Shown: positions 1 to 7,908, counted from the first letter of the stretch. The stretch: DNA of 64,000 nucleotides from Candidatus Woesearchaeota archaeon (GCA_016192915.1 JACPTF010000007.1:38623-102622), one strand, 5' to 3'. Numbers and translations: made by a program. Notes: generated from the letters alone by a model not told the origin.

Positions 1-778
1 GTTCCGCATAGGTTAAATCGGATTTATCAAGAAATACGAAATTATTCCACGCTTTGTAATCTATTCTTGATGAATAATCTTTTTTTCTCCAAAAATCACC
101 ATTTGTAGGTATATACCCCAAAATTTTGCTATTCTTACAATCAGCTTTAAGTAAACCTTGTTCAAATACGCATCCGGTCTTATTCATGTAGCCATCTCCT
201 AATTGCAGATTAACGATCTTAAGAGCAACTGGCCACTGAGTCGTATCGGACGCCATTTGGCAGTAATCGACATTCAGCTTTCTATCTTTTTGAAGATAAG
301 TTCTAAATGCTTGACCAATTAGCATGCGTAAACGTTGGAAATTTCCTCTTGCCTGATAAATTGAACCAGATATCTTAACATATTCCTCAGAATTAGATAA
401 CGAAATATTTTTTTCTGTATAACTCAGTAACCACCAAATACCATCAGTATCTAACTCAAAAACTTTTCCTTCCTCATTTGATATGTAATAACGAGCAAAT
501 GGATGGCCATAATACGTGTTATTATCTTTATAAATATGGTCTCCGACTTTACCTTGCTCATTTAGAAATTCACTCAAGTTTGAATAAAACTGCTCTAACA
601 TAAAGCTGTCTGGGATAAAATAGGAATCAGCGTCAAAACTTGAATAACATTTGAATCTATCTAACTCTGAATAACTTAGTTCGGTATTTGAATTATTGAA
701 TAAAGTTTCTGCATTTGCAGTTTTGGTAAATGCAAAGACGAAAAGAAAAATTAACACGAATTTGCATAATTTTTGCAT
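1..778 (-). CDS. secreted hypothetical protein (C-terminal part runs off window start)
   Basis: Own translation from ATG at 778-776: MQKLCKFVLIFLFVFAFTKTANAETLF... stays open down to position 1. Has a signal-peptide-like N-terminus. Absent from the ORF track because there is no stop in the window. Confidence 0.5.
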   Translation of the reverse strand, partial: MQKLCKFVLIFLFVFAFTKTANAETLFNNSNTELSYSELDRFKCYSSFDADSYFIPDSFMLEQFYSNLSEFLNEQGKVGDHIYKDNNTYYGHPFARYYISNEEGKVFELDTDGIWWLLSYTEKNISLSNSEEYVKISGSIYQARGNFQRLRMLIGQAFRTYLQKDRKLNVDYCQMASDTTQWPVALKIVNLQLGDGYMNKTGCVFEQGLLKADCKNSKILGYIPTNGDFWRKKDYSSRIDYKAWNNFVFLDKSDLTYAE

Positions 779-801
779 TTTGGCACCGATTTAAACTTCT
801 T

Positions 802-1344
802 TTAATTTTGTTTCAGTAATCTTAACTCTCTTTCCCTTCTTTCTAATAGGGCCTTAAAGTTAGTATTAAAATACTTATCAATTCGAGGTTTGATATAAAC
901 TAATGATACTAAAATAGCGATTAAGACTAAAATCAAAGTTATAGTAACGATTAACCACTGCGGAATTTTCCACCATTTTTCGTAAATAGAAGCGGCAAAT
1001 AAAAATAACCAAATTTCAATAATAAAGAATACTTCTCCAGTTAAGACAGTTATAATCCATTTCTTTTTTGTAAAACGGCCCTCTTTTAAAAATATGGTTT
1101 CTACATAATAAAAGATGTACTGAATAAGCGGAATTATTAAAATCAAAGTTACCAAACTGCCCACAAAAACATAAGGGTTATTTACTATTAACTTAGGAAA
1201 TCCTATTGAAACAAGTGCTAATGCAGTTGCAAAAACAAATATCATCAATCCAAAAATTGTTGTGTCTAACGTGCCAAGATTAACGGATTCTTCTATTTCG
1301 TCAAGTCGCTTAAGGATTAAAGCATCTCTTGGATTTTTAACCAT
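802..1344 (-). CDS. multi-pass membrane protein, unknown function
   Basis: 180 aa ORF with several long hydrophobic segments (LALVSIGFP, LVTLILIIPLIQYIFYYV, FFIIEIWLFLFAASI, IVTITLILVLIAILVSLVYI). Confidence 0.5.
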   Translation of the reverse strand: MVKNPRDALILKRLDEIEESVNLGTLDTTIFGLMIFVFATALALVSIGFPKLIVNNPYVFVGSLVTLILIIPLIQYIFYYVETIFLKEGRFTKKKWIITVLTGEVFFIIEIWLFLFAASIYEKWWKIPQWLIVTITLILVLIAILVSLVYIKPRIDKYFNTNFKALLERRERELRLLKQN

Positions 1345-1379
1345 GATTAAGTCGTTAAAGAAGACCTTTAAATTACTTT

Positions 1380-1859
1380 CTACAACCTGCTAATAGAAAC
1401 TTCATCACTCATAGCTTTTTCCTTAAAAAGTCTTTTGTGAAGATTTAACTCTTCAATTTTGTTAACTTGGACATTCTTCGCCATGACATTAACCGTAAGC
1501 CTTTTTGACTTTTTTGGAACTAATCCGAATCTCTCCATAAGCCTCAGGTAAAAATCGTCTTCTTTTCTTAGCAAGTCTGCAGCGTGAAGTTTTTCCCTCG
1601 GATTTTCTTTCCACTCACTAAATATGCTAAAAATTGCTCGAACTCTTGCAATTCTGGATAATTGTATGTCTGTAAAAACATCTTCAGGTGTTTTAGTAAA
1701 TACTTCCTTCTTCACCCTTGAACGTATTTCAACCAAATCCCTGTCTACTGTTCTGTGGCCCACTCTCAATCTTTTTGCAATCTCTTCAATGCGATAACCA
1801 GTAGTGGAAAGTAGCATTACAGAATTCTGCCTTTCAACCTTACTCTTGAAAGTGGTCAT
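1380..1859 (-). CDS. HTH DNA-binding protein
   Basis: N-terminal GYRIEEIAKRLRVGHRTVDRDLVEI resembles a sigma-70 region 4 / resolvase-type helix-turn-helix. Confidence 0.45.
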   Translation of the reverse strand: MTTFKSKVERQNSVMLLSTTGYRIEEIAKRLRVGHRTVDRDLVEIRSRVKKEVFTKTPEDVFTDIQLSRIARVRAIFSIFSEWKENPREKLHAADLLRKEDDFYLRLMERFGLVPKKSKRLTVNVMAKNVQVNKIEELNLHKRLFKEKAMSDEVSISRL

Positions 1860-1910
1860 TTTATGCCATTTATGCCACTTTTAAATATATAAAACTATCA
1901 TTTTGCGATA

Positions 1911-2138
1911 TTAAACCTTCAGTTTTTGCAGAATCTGGTTGCCCTGTGGCGTGATTTTAACCCTGTCTCCCTTAGAAATAGTTACGGCATTGAACAGCTG
2001 GAGGTCCTTGCACTGATTCCTAATGGTCTTCCAGTTTGTATTGACCACCCTTTCAAGCTCACCATAGGAATGCTCCTTTCCATCACTGAGCGCTTGGAGT
2101 ATGGCCTTTCTGATCTCACTGTAGACTCGCTTTGGCAT
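1911..2138 (-). CDS. small winged-helix DNA-binding protein
   Basis: 75 aa. IRKAILQALSDGKEHSYGELERVVNTNWKTIRNQCKDLQ is wHTH-like. Antisense ORF 1926..2189 rejected. Confidence 0.45.
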   Translation of the reverse strand: MPKRVYSEIRKAILQALSDGKEHSYGELERVVNTNWKTIRNQCKDLQLFNAVTISKGDRVKITPQGNQILQKLKV

Positions 2139-2158
2139 ACCACATTATTGTGGCAAAG

Positions 2159-2166
2159 TTTATATA
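2159..2166 (+). promoter_or_regulatory. TATA box (TTTATATA) for lipoprotein operon
   Basis: About 33 nt upstream of ATG 2192, implying a leaderless or very short leader transcript. Confidence 0.4.
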
Positions 2167-2191
2167 GCAGTATTCCACAATATTGTTGAAA

Positions 2192-2707
2192 ATGAAGTAC
2201 CTCGCTGCAATCATAGCTATGCTGGTTCTTCTATCTGGCTGCCAAACTGCTCCAATGGAAACCGCTAAAGAACCGAAAGAAATAATGCTTCAAATTAATG
2301 ACTTGCCAGAGGGTTGGACCATAGATTACGAACAGATAACTAAAGGATCTGATAGCTACAACAACCCAACAGTATCGTTAGAATACGGATGGCAAAAAGG
2401 ATACCGCGCCGTCTACAAAGATCCAACAGAATCGTACGATCTTATGCAATTTGTAGACTACTACCCTCTTGAAAATGTTGTCAAAACATTCCGCGGGTCC
2501 ATTGTACCCTACGATACGCAACAAGAGCTACCCGATCCGAAAATAGGCAAAATAAGTCGTGCATACAAAGGAATTCATAGCTTTCTCGGAACCAAGTACG
2601 AAATCGAATTCATAAAAAAGAACGTCCATGTTCTGTTAACAATGGACGGCGAAAATAATTACGAACTGTTAAAAAACCTTGCCAGAAAAGTAGAGAAAAA
2701 AATATGA
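2192..2707 (+). CDS. lipoprotein, unknown function (paralog 1)
   Basis: Start chosen at the ATG giving MKYLAAIIAMLVLLSGC (lipobox). Shares ELP..W, GWQ.GY, YP.EN and Y.IEF.K.N motifs with the next gene. Confidence 0.6.
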   Translation: MKYLAAIIAMLVLLSGCQTAPMETAKEPKEIMLQINDLPEGWTIDYEQITKGSDSYNNPTVSLEYGWQKGYRAVYKDPTESYDLMQFVDYYPLENVVKTFRGSIVPYDTQQELPDPKIGKISRAYKGIHSFLGTKYEIEFIKKNVHVLLTMDGENNYELLKNLARKVEKKI

Positions 2708-3354
2708 TCCCGCGTTCCGGCTACGATGCTATTGTTCTCTTAACTGCTGTTGTGTTAGCAATCTCTTTCTTAATCGGTGGTTGCACACAGCAAGCACCCG
2801 TAGCTGTGGCACCTAAGAATCAAAGCCTTCAGACAGCCCCTGTTGCTACTGCCCCAATCAGTGCATCAACCACAGATAAAGAGCCCGTGGAAATAGCCCT
2901 ACAACTAAACGAGTTGCCAAACGACTGGAGAGTAATAAACCGTACCAATATTACGAGAACACAAATGGGTAAAGTCTTCCTGACATTGGGATGGCAAAGC
3001 GGGCAAACTATTCAGTTCTTAGATCCTCAACAGACAACAACGATAGTACAAGCTATAAGTATCTACCCCTTCGAAAACATAAGTCAAATACTTATTAAGA
3101 ACAGGAGAGTAGAAGTATTGTTAGGATTGTTATATCCTTCTATGACATATGAAAACATAACCGACCCAGAAATAGGCAACGAAAGCATAGCATACAAAAT
3201 TATAGATAAAACAAAAAAAGATTCACCAATTATCGGCTACCAGATAGAATTCTCTAAAGAAAATGCCTATGTCGAGATAGCTATTTTTGGAAAATCATTA
3301 GATTATGAACTGTTAAAAGCAATAGCATTAAAAGCGGCAGCTAAAATCACATAA
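2704..3354 (+). CDS. lipoprotein, unknown function (paralog 2)
   Basis: ATGA start/stop overlap with the upstream gene. LIGGC lipobox. C-terminal domain is a paralog of 2192..2707. Confidence 0.6.
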   Translation: MIPRSGYDAIVLLTAVVLAISFLIGGCTQQAPVAVAPKNQSLQTAPVATAPISASTTDKEPVEIALQLNELPNDWRVINRTNITRTQMGKVFLTLGWQSGQTIQFLDPQQTTTIVQAISIYPFENISQILIKNRRVEVLLGLLYPSMTYENITDPEIGNESIAYKIIDKTKKDSPIIGYQIEFSKENAYVEIAIFGKSLDYELLKAIALKAAAKIT

Positions 3355-4172
3355 TGCTTGTGGCATTAAAAATGACACGATTTAATATGCAGAAAACCGG
3401 AATCGTCTTATTATGCCTAACTATTCTATTCATTCTTGCAGGCTGCAGTTCGCCTAATAACGCTACTGGAGAAGCTGTTAAACTTGATAATCAAACTGGC
3501 AAACTACCCGTAGTTAACTCCTCAGCTCAGCCAGCAACATGTAACCCCAATTGGCAATGTACGGCGTGGGAAAGTTGTAATTCAGGCGTACGTAGGAGAA
3601 GTTGCACTGACCTAAATGGTTGTGGAACGGATATGCCTGCTATTGTAGAACAATGCCAACAAGCTATTGCTCAGCAGCCCGATGTAAGTAAGACACCAGC
3701 TGCGGGTGAGCCTAAAACGGGTCCTGTGATAATAGAAAATTCTCCAACAGATTTAAAACAGCAAGCAAAGCAAGGAGAGGTTACACGTACAGTTGGCGGC
3801 ATAACTCTTGCTCTAAAAAGCATAAAGTATGAGGTGAGAGGTTCCGATTACGCAGTGCTGACGGGCATACAATTTGCTTTAGTTAATGAAGGCAGCGAAA
3901 CGATTAGTCCGAGAATAGCTGTTTATCTATGGGATGATAATGACAAAATAGAGAACAGTGCATCCGAAAAAACATACATAGAGGTTGACGGATACGCATT
4001 TAGAAAGGACGGCTTCATTATAAAAGATGCTACTGTAAGAATACCTTTTGATGATATAAACTTAACAAAACACATTAAATTATCTGCCATGGACGGCAGT
4101 TACTTTGACTCAAGAACCTTTATTAGCATACAGTACGACTTCTTGATAAAAAACCAAAGCAAAGCACAATAA
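3354..4172 (+). CDS. lipoprotein with Cys-rich module
   Basis: LCLTILFILAGC lipobox. CNPNWQCTAWESCNSGVRRRSCTDLNGCG cysteine motif. Start overlaps the upstream stop; the true start may be the internal MQKTG. Confidence 0.55.
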   Translation: MLVALKMTRFNMQKTGIVLLCLTILFILAGCSSPNNATGEAVKLDNQTGKLPVVNSSAQPATCNPNWQCTAWESCNSGVRRRSCTDLNGCGTDMPAIVEQCQQAIAQQPDVSKTPAAGEPKTGPVIIENSPTDLKQQAKQGEVTRTVGGITLALKSIKYEVRGSDYAVLTGIQFALVNEGSETISPRIAVYLWDDNDKIENSASEKTYIEVDGYAFRKDGFIIKDATVRIPFDDINLTKHIKLSAMDGSYFDSRTFISIQYDFLIKNQSKAQ

Positions 4173-4499
4173 CTTAAGCCTTTCCCCTACTGCCAGTTCT
4201 TTTGCCTTTTCGGAACTTAAACATTTGATTGACCTACGGTTTGCCAGTGTTAAGATTCTCGTTAAGCCTTGAGTATAGGCAATGCATTCTTGTTAAATTT
4301 AGTATTATCATTAAGTATTGTTGATGATAGTGATTTTGATGTGTATATGATATATCCATCATCAACACTTCACAAAAATCTTGATAGTTCTTATTCGTTA
4401 TTGGAAAGCAATGCTTAATACTCACTGTTAAAGTTGATAGTTACTCTATGTCCTATTATGGCTCGGAAGGACTGTTAATAGCTGCTGTGAGTTAATAGT

Positions 4500-4976
4500 T
4501 CAGCTCTTCCTTACCAGCTTGTTGTTGTCAACTACCTTGCAGTTAGACCGTACTTCCACATAGTCGTTCAGCAGTAGTCTGACTTCTGTGCTATCAACTC
4601 CAAGTGCGTCCATAATCTCATAAAAGATGACTGTTGGCTTTTCTGCAATCAGCTTATCTATCGCTTTGTATTGGTCTTGCACGATGAGCGAAGGGTCGTA
4701 TACCAGCACTGAAGGTCTCTTGCTGGCGCTTTCGCCCTTTACGAACCTGAAGCCAGGCTGAGAGCCAACTTTCTCCATTAAGTGAAGTGCCCAGCCTCTG
4801 GACGTGCCAAAGAATTTATCCACATCGCTTGATGTAAGGCGCCCCCGCTTTTGGGCTTCCTCAGCCAGCTTGCCAGCTTTATCACTAAGCTTTTGCCTGA
4901 CAGCCAACTTAGCAAGAGCCTCCAATCTTTCAAGTGTAACTTCAATTCTATCTAAACGTTCATTATCACTTCTCAT
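4500..4976 (-). CDS. hypothetical protein
   Basis: 158 aa ORF, last gene of an overlapping minus-strand operon (5412 down to 4500). Confidence 0.45.
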   Translation of the reverse strand: MRSDNERLDRIEVTLERLEALAKLAVRQKLSDKAGKLAEEAQKRGRLTSSDVDKFFGTSRGWALHLMEKVGSQPGFRFVKGESASKRPSVLVYDPSLIVQDQYKAIDKLIAEKPTVIFYEIMDALGVDSTEVRLLLNDYVEVRSNCKVVDNNKLVRKS

Positions 4977-5169
4977 TTTTAATCAACTCAAAGAATTCAC
5001 GCCTTAGATGTTCGCGCAAGAACGTTGAAAGACCCATTCCTTTGTTTGTAGCTATCGCTTTGAGCGTTTTAAGCTCCTCAGAAGAAAGTTTTATGCTGGC
5101 CGTGCTGCACAGGCCAGGTTTAGAATACCAAAGCTTTAATATTCCTGACTTCTTAGGTTCGCTTGTCAT
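4966..5169 (-). CDS. small ribbon-helix-helix-like protein
   Basis: IKLSSEELKTLKAIATNKGMGLSTFLREHL fits the CopG/RHH strand-helix-helix pattern. Overlaps the downstream gene by 11 nt. Confidence 0.4.
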   Translation of the reverse strand: MTSEPKKSGILKLWYSKPGLCSTASIKLSSEELKTLKAIATNKGMGLSTFLREHLRREFFELIKNEK

Positions 5170-5278
5170 TAACCATCATCTGTATCAGTTTGGGGCGTTT
5201 GCCGCGCCCTGAGCTTATTTCTTCTTCAAGCTGGTTAAGCCATTTACGCAGCTCTTGTAGGAATTCATCTATTGCCAT
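5153..5278 (-). CDS. possible 41-aa small ORF bridging two operon genes
   Basis: Own translation: MAIDEFLQELRKWLNQLEEEISSGRGKRPKLIQMMVNDKRT. Overlaps both neighbours. Below the ORF-track size cutoff. Confidence 0.3.
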   Translation of the reverse strand: MAIDEFLQELRKWLNQLEEEISSGRGKRPKLIQMMVNDKRT

Positions 5279-5412
5279 TTGTTTTCGCCACATTTCTTAA
5301 GTAAAAACTCAACAGCTGCACTTAAACTTTTGATTTTCTCTCTTGCAGCAACCAACTTAAGTTTGGTATGAACATCTTCTTTGAGACCCACTTGCTTATA
5401 TCTCGCTTCCAT
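5269..5412 (-). CDS. ribbon-helix-helix (Arc/CopG-like) regulator
   Basis: Internal ATG gives MEARYKQVGLKEDVHTKLKLVAAREKIKSLSAAVEFLLKK, a typical RHH. Divergent from 5477..6358. Confidence 0.5.
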   Translation of the reverse strand: MEARYKQVGLKEDVHTKLKLVAAREKIKSLSAAVEFLLKKCGENKWQ

Positions 5413-5476
5413 GGAATTAATGGAATACGATAAATTTATAAATAATATGTAACTACTAAACTTAGTAGTAAGATAA

Positions 5477-6358
5477 ATGACGACTAAAGCATTTTTAAGG
5501 ATAATCAAAAACGAACAAGTAGCAATTAAGCTATACGTTGAGCTGTTGAAAAACTGGCATAACAGCGTTAGCCTTTCACACTTCTGCTACAATGACAAAG
5601 GTAATGCTCGGCCTAACGTTGCGCATTATCTTTCCGAATGGCAAAGGGAGGGTTATCTGACCAGCACTCGTGTGGCCGAGCTTACAAAACGTAAAAGCAA
5701 GTTTGAGAAAAAAGAGGAATACAGATTGAATAAAATTAAATACCGTGCTAATACTAAAGCACTAATAGAGTATTGTGATGAAATTTTTTCTTGGGAACCA
5801 AAGAACAAAACCCTTCTTTTCCTCAATGCCCTATTTGATAATGATTTAGAAAGGTCTCACTTGCTAAGAGATATTAGCAAGCCACGCTTTAACATTTTTG
5901 AGCGATTACTTGCTAATATTAGAAACTTTTTGTTAGAAGAACTACAAAACTACTCCTCTTTCATTAAATATGTCAAAACTCTTGATAAAAATGGTGGGCG
6001 TTTATCGATAGAGAAACTATTGGTCAAATATCCAAAGATAATACCTGATATGGTTAGAGGGCCTTTTGCTGACCATAAAACTCTATTTTTTAAAACCGCT
6101 ATAGAAGTAACTGAAGAACGCCTTGAAATATATCTTCCATCTCATGATATCATTGACGAAAGTTTTTTTAAAGAGATGGAGAAGCTATTTCCAGAATATT
6201 TCGGCATTGTTAGAGGACTGGCCAAACAGATCAAGGAAAAGGCTGCGTCTGCCGATTTAGAAAAAGGCATCCGTTTCGCTCTTATCCAACAGATGAAGAA
6301 AAGAAACAAAAGTTTCAATGTTTTTAAAGATGCTCAACAGAGCCTCTTGATGCGATAA
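5477..6358 (+). CDS. hypothetical protein (possible N-terminal wHTH)
   Basis: 293 aa ORF in the island, divergent from the RHH operon. No motif I can name. Confidence 0.45.
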   Translation: MTTKAFLRIIKNEQVAIKLYVELLKNWHNSVSLSHFCYNDKGNARPNVAHYLSEWQREGYLTSTRVAELTKRKSKFEKKEEYRLNKIKYRANTKALIEYCDEIFSWEPKNKTLLFLNALFDNDLERSHLLRDISKPRFNIFERLLANIRNFLLEELQNYSSFIKYVKTLDKNGGRLSIEKLLVKYPKIIPDMVRGPFADHKTLFFKTAIEVTEERLEIYLPSHDIIDESFFKEMEKLFPEYFGIVRGLAKQIKEKAASADLEKGIRFALIQQMKKRNKSFNVFKDAQQSLLMR

Positions 6359-6391
6359 CTTTTTAAGCAGACTGGTGAAATTAAATCCAAA

Positions 6392-7093
6392 ATGGATTAT
6401 TCCTCGCTTATAGAAAAAATACGTAATAGTATAGCAATAGTTTATGTAGTTCAAGGACAGAATATGATAAGCAAGGGTAGTGGTTTTATCTTTTTTAAAA
6501 AAGGGATATTAGTAACATGCAATCACGTAATAACAAAACAGGATTCTAATATCTTAATCCAGTTTCCGGATGATCGTAAAATTCTTCAAACAAAGGTCAT
6601 GATACGCGATGAAGAACACGATTTAGCATTATTGAAATTTGATGACCAAGTGAGAGAACCACTTAAAATAGCGGACACCGAGATAATAAAAGAGGGCATT
6701 CCAGTAGTTTTTGCAGGTTACCCCTTAAGTTTAGAATCATTAACAACTCATCAAGGGATTCTTTCTGGTATAATTACAGATGCAACAGGAGTTACTACTT
6801 ACATGATAGATGGTACTGTTAACTCTGGGAATAGTGGTTGTCCACTTATGTCTGAAGATGGAAAAGTTATAGGAGTCGTTAATGCTAAAAGAATGGAACA
6901 TTCAGATTTATTGACTAAAATTGGAGAACAAAAAACTGGAGCAGTATCTTTGCAAGGAGTGGATTTAGTAGAACTCTTTCAAGCGATAATAAACAATGTG
7001 CAGTTAGGCATCGGGTATGCTATTCCTTGCACATATGTTCCAAGACCACATGGTGTGGAGCAAGAGGATATAGCGGAGGATAAAAATGAGTGA
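6392..7093 (+). CDS. trypsin-like (S1/DegP-type) serine protease, no PDZ domain
   Basis: Catalytic-triad context TCNHV (His), HDLALLK (Asp), GNSGCPL (Ser). Confidence 0.7.
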   Translation: MDYSSLIEKIRNSIAIVYVVQGQNMISKGSGFIFFKKGILVTCNHVITKQDSNILIQFPDDRKILQTKVMIRDEEHDLALLKFDDQVREPLKIADTEIIKEGIPVVFAGYPLSLESLTTHQGILSGIITDATGVTTYMIDGTVNSGNSGCPLMSEDGKVIGVVNAKRMEHSDLLTKIGEQKTGAVSLQGVDLVELFQAIINNVQLGIGYAIPCTYVPRPHGVEQEDIAEDKNE

Positions 7094-7388
7094 GTACATT
7101 TTTAGATCAAGCGGAACTTATTTAGGGTTTATAAGTAATGGATCTCTTTTTTCAAGAGATGGAGAATATCTTGGTTGGGTTGAAGGTAAGTTTGTATGGG
7201 ATTCTTCCGGGCAATTTCGTGGAGAAATCAAAGAAATGAATAACAATAAGTATATTTTGAAAAATATCTTTTTAATTCAACCTATTCCTAAAGTTCCAAA
7301 AGTATGGCCTGTATCACCGGCTCCTCCTGTTCCCCAAGCGAACATAATGCCCGTCTTCTTGCCAATAGGATTAAAAGACGCTTTTTAG
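7086..7388 (+). CDS. hypothetical protein with internal G.YLG/DGEYLGW repeats
   Basis: 100 aa. Overlaps the protease gene by 8 nt. Repeated GTYLGFISNGSLFSRDGEYLGWVEGKFVWDSSGQFRGEI pattern and a Pro-rich tail. Confidence 0.45.
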   Translation: MSEYIFRSSGTYLGFISNGSLFSRDGEYLGWVEGKFVWDSSGQFRGEIKEMNNNKYILKNIFLIQPIPKVPKVWPVSPAPPVPQANIMPVFLPIGLKDAF

Positions 7389-7513
7389 TCAATTCCTAAT
7401 AAACGCCACAACATTTATAAAAGCTTGTCGCTATAGCTGCTTCAGCCAGACCAATGGTGGTTTGACTTTTCTGAAGGTTCCTCGGACGGGGCACTTCTCT
7501 TTTCCTGGACAAT

Positions 7514-7522
7514 CTTTATAAG
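7514..7522 (+). promoter_or_regulatory. TATA box (CTTTATAAG) for tRNA-Ser(CGA)
   Basis: Lies ~27 nt upstream of the leader hairpin that starts at 7541. Confidence 0.45.
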
Positions 7523-7540
7523 CTAAACGTTTTGTCGTGG

Positions 7541-7570
7541 GTTGATAAGGGAGCGTAGAGCTCCCTTATT
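7541..7570 (+). repeat. tRNA leader hairpin GTTGATAAGGGA-loop-TCCCTTATT
   Basis: Stem ATAAGGGA/TCCCTTAT abuts tRNA position +1. The same motif precedes tRNA-Thr and tRNA-Ser(UGA). Confidence 0.7.
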
Positions 7571-7655
7571 GCCGGGAGTGGGCGATCCGGTGCGCCTACC
7601 TGTCTCGAAAACAGGTTTCCGAAAGGATATCGGGGTTCAAATCCCTGTCCCGGCG
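7571..7655 (+). tRNA. tRNA-Ser (anticodon CGA), class II, no intron
   Basis: Hand fold: acceptor GCCGGGA/TCCCGGC, G73. D stem GGGC/GCCT. Anticodon stem CCTGT/ACAGG with loop CTCGAAA. 15-nt variable arm. T arm CGGGG-TTCAAAT-CCCTG. No CCA encoded. Confidence 0.8.
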
Positions 7656-7740
7656 CTCAACCTTCTTTGGCAAGCACAAGCCGACAGCAGTCGGCTGTGC
7701 AGTCCTGCCAAAGCAGGACTTGCAAAGAAGCTTGACCAAG

Positions 7741-7791
7741 CCCAAATCGAGAGCTCTCGATTGGGCCCAGTCGTCTTGCAGACGACTTGGG
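7741..7791 (+). repeat. twin-hairpin element copy A (51 nt)
   Basis: CCCAAATCGagagctctCGATTGGG CCCAGTCGtcttgcagaCGACTTGGG, in the trailer of tRNA-Ser(CGA). Confidence 0.85.
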
Positions 7792-7837
7792 AAATCCACA
7801 TAGCGGCGGGCAGGTCCCAAGCCGAAAGGCGCGGACA

Positions 7838-7850
7838 CCTGTCCCGGCGC
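7838..7850 (+). repeat. second copy of the tRNA-Ser(CGA) 3' end (CCTGTCCCGGCGC)
   Basis: 13/13 identity with 7644-7656. The preceding base is A rather than C, which would break the G53-C61 pair, so it is probably non-functional. Confidence 0.7.
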
Positions 7851-7908
7851 TTCCTCCTTTCAATTCATAAGCTTTTTATACTAATTTCAAACTCAAAAGC
7901 GTTCAACA

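Larger units (their letters stand above)
1..7400. mobile_element. Low-GC accessory island (candidate integrated plasmid/virus remnant), cut by window start
   Basis: By eye much more AT-rich than the sequence after ~7.5 kb. Contains small RHH/HTH regulators in overlapping operons, secreted lipoprotein paralogs and a protease. Ends ~170 nt before tRNA-Ser(CGA). No integrase visible in the window. Confidence 0.35.

Noticed and set aside
7644-7850. The 13-nt direct repeat as attL/attR of the low-GC island
   Set aside because: The island lies upstream of the tRNA, whereas both repeat copies lie at or downstream of its 3' end and enclose only 181 nt. The repeats cannot delimit the island.
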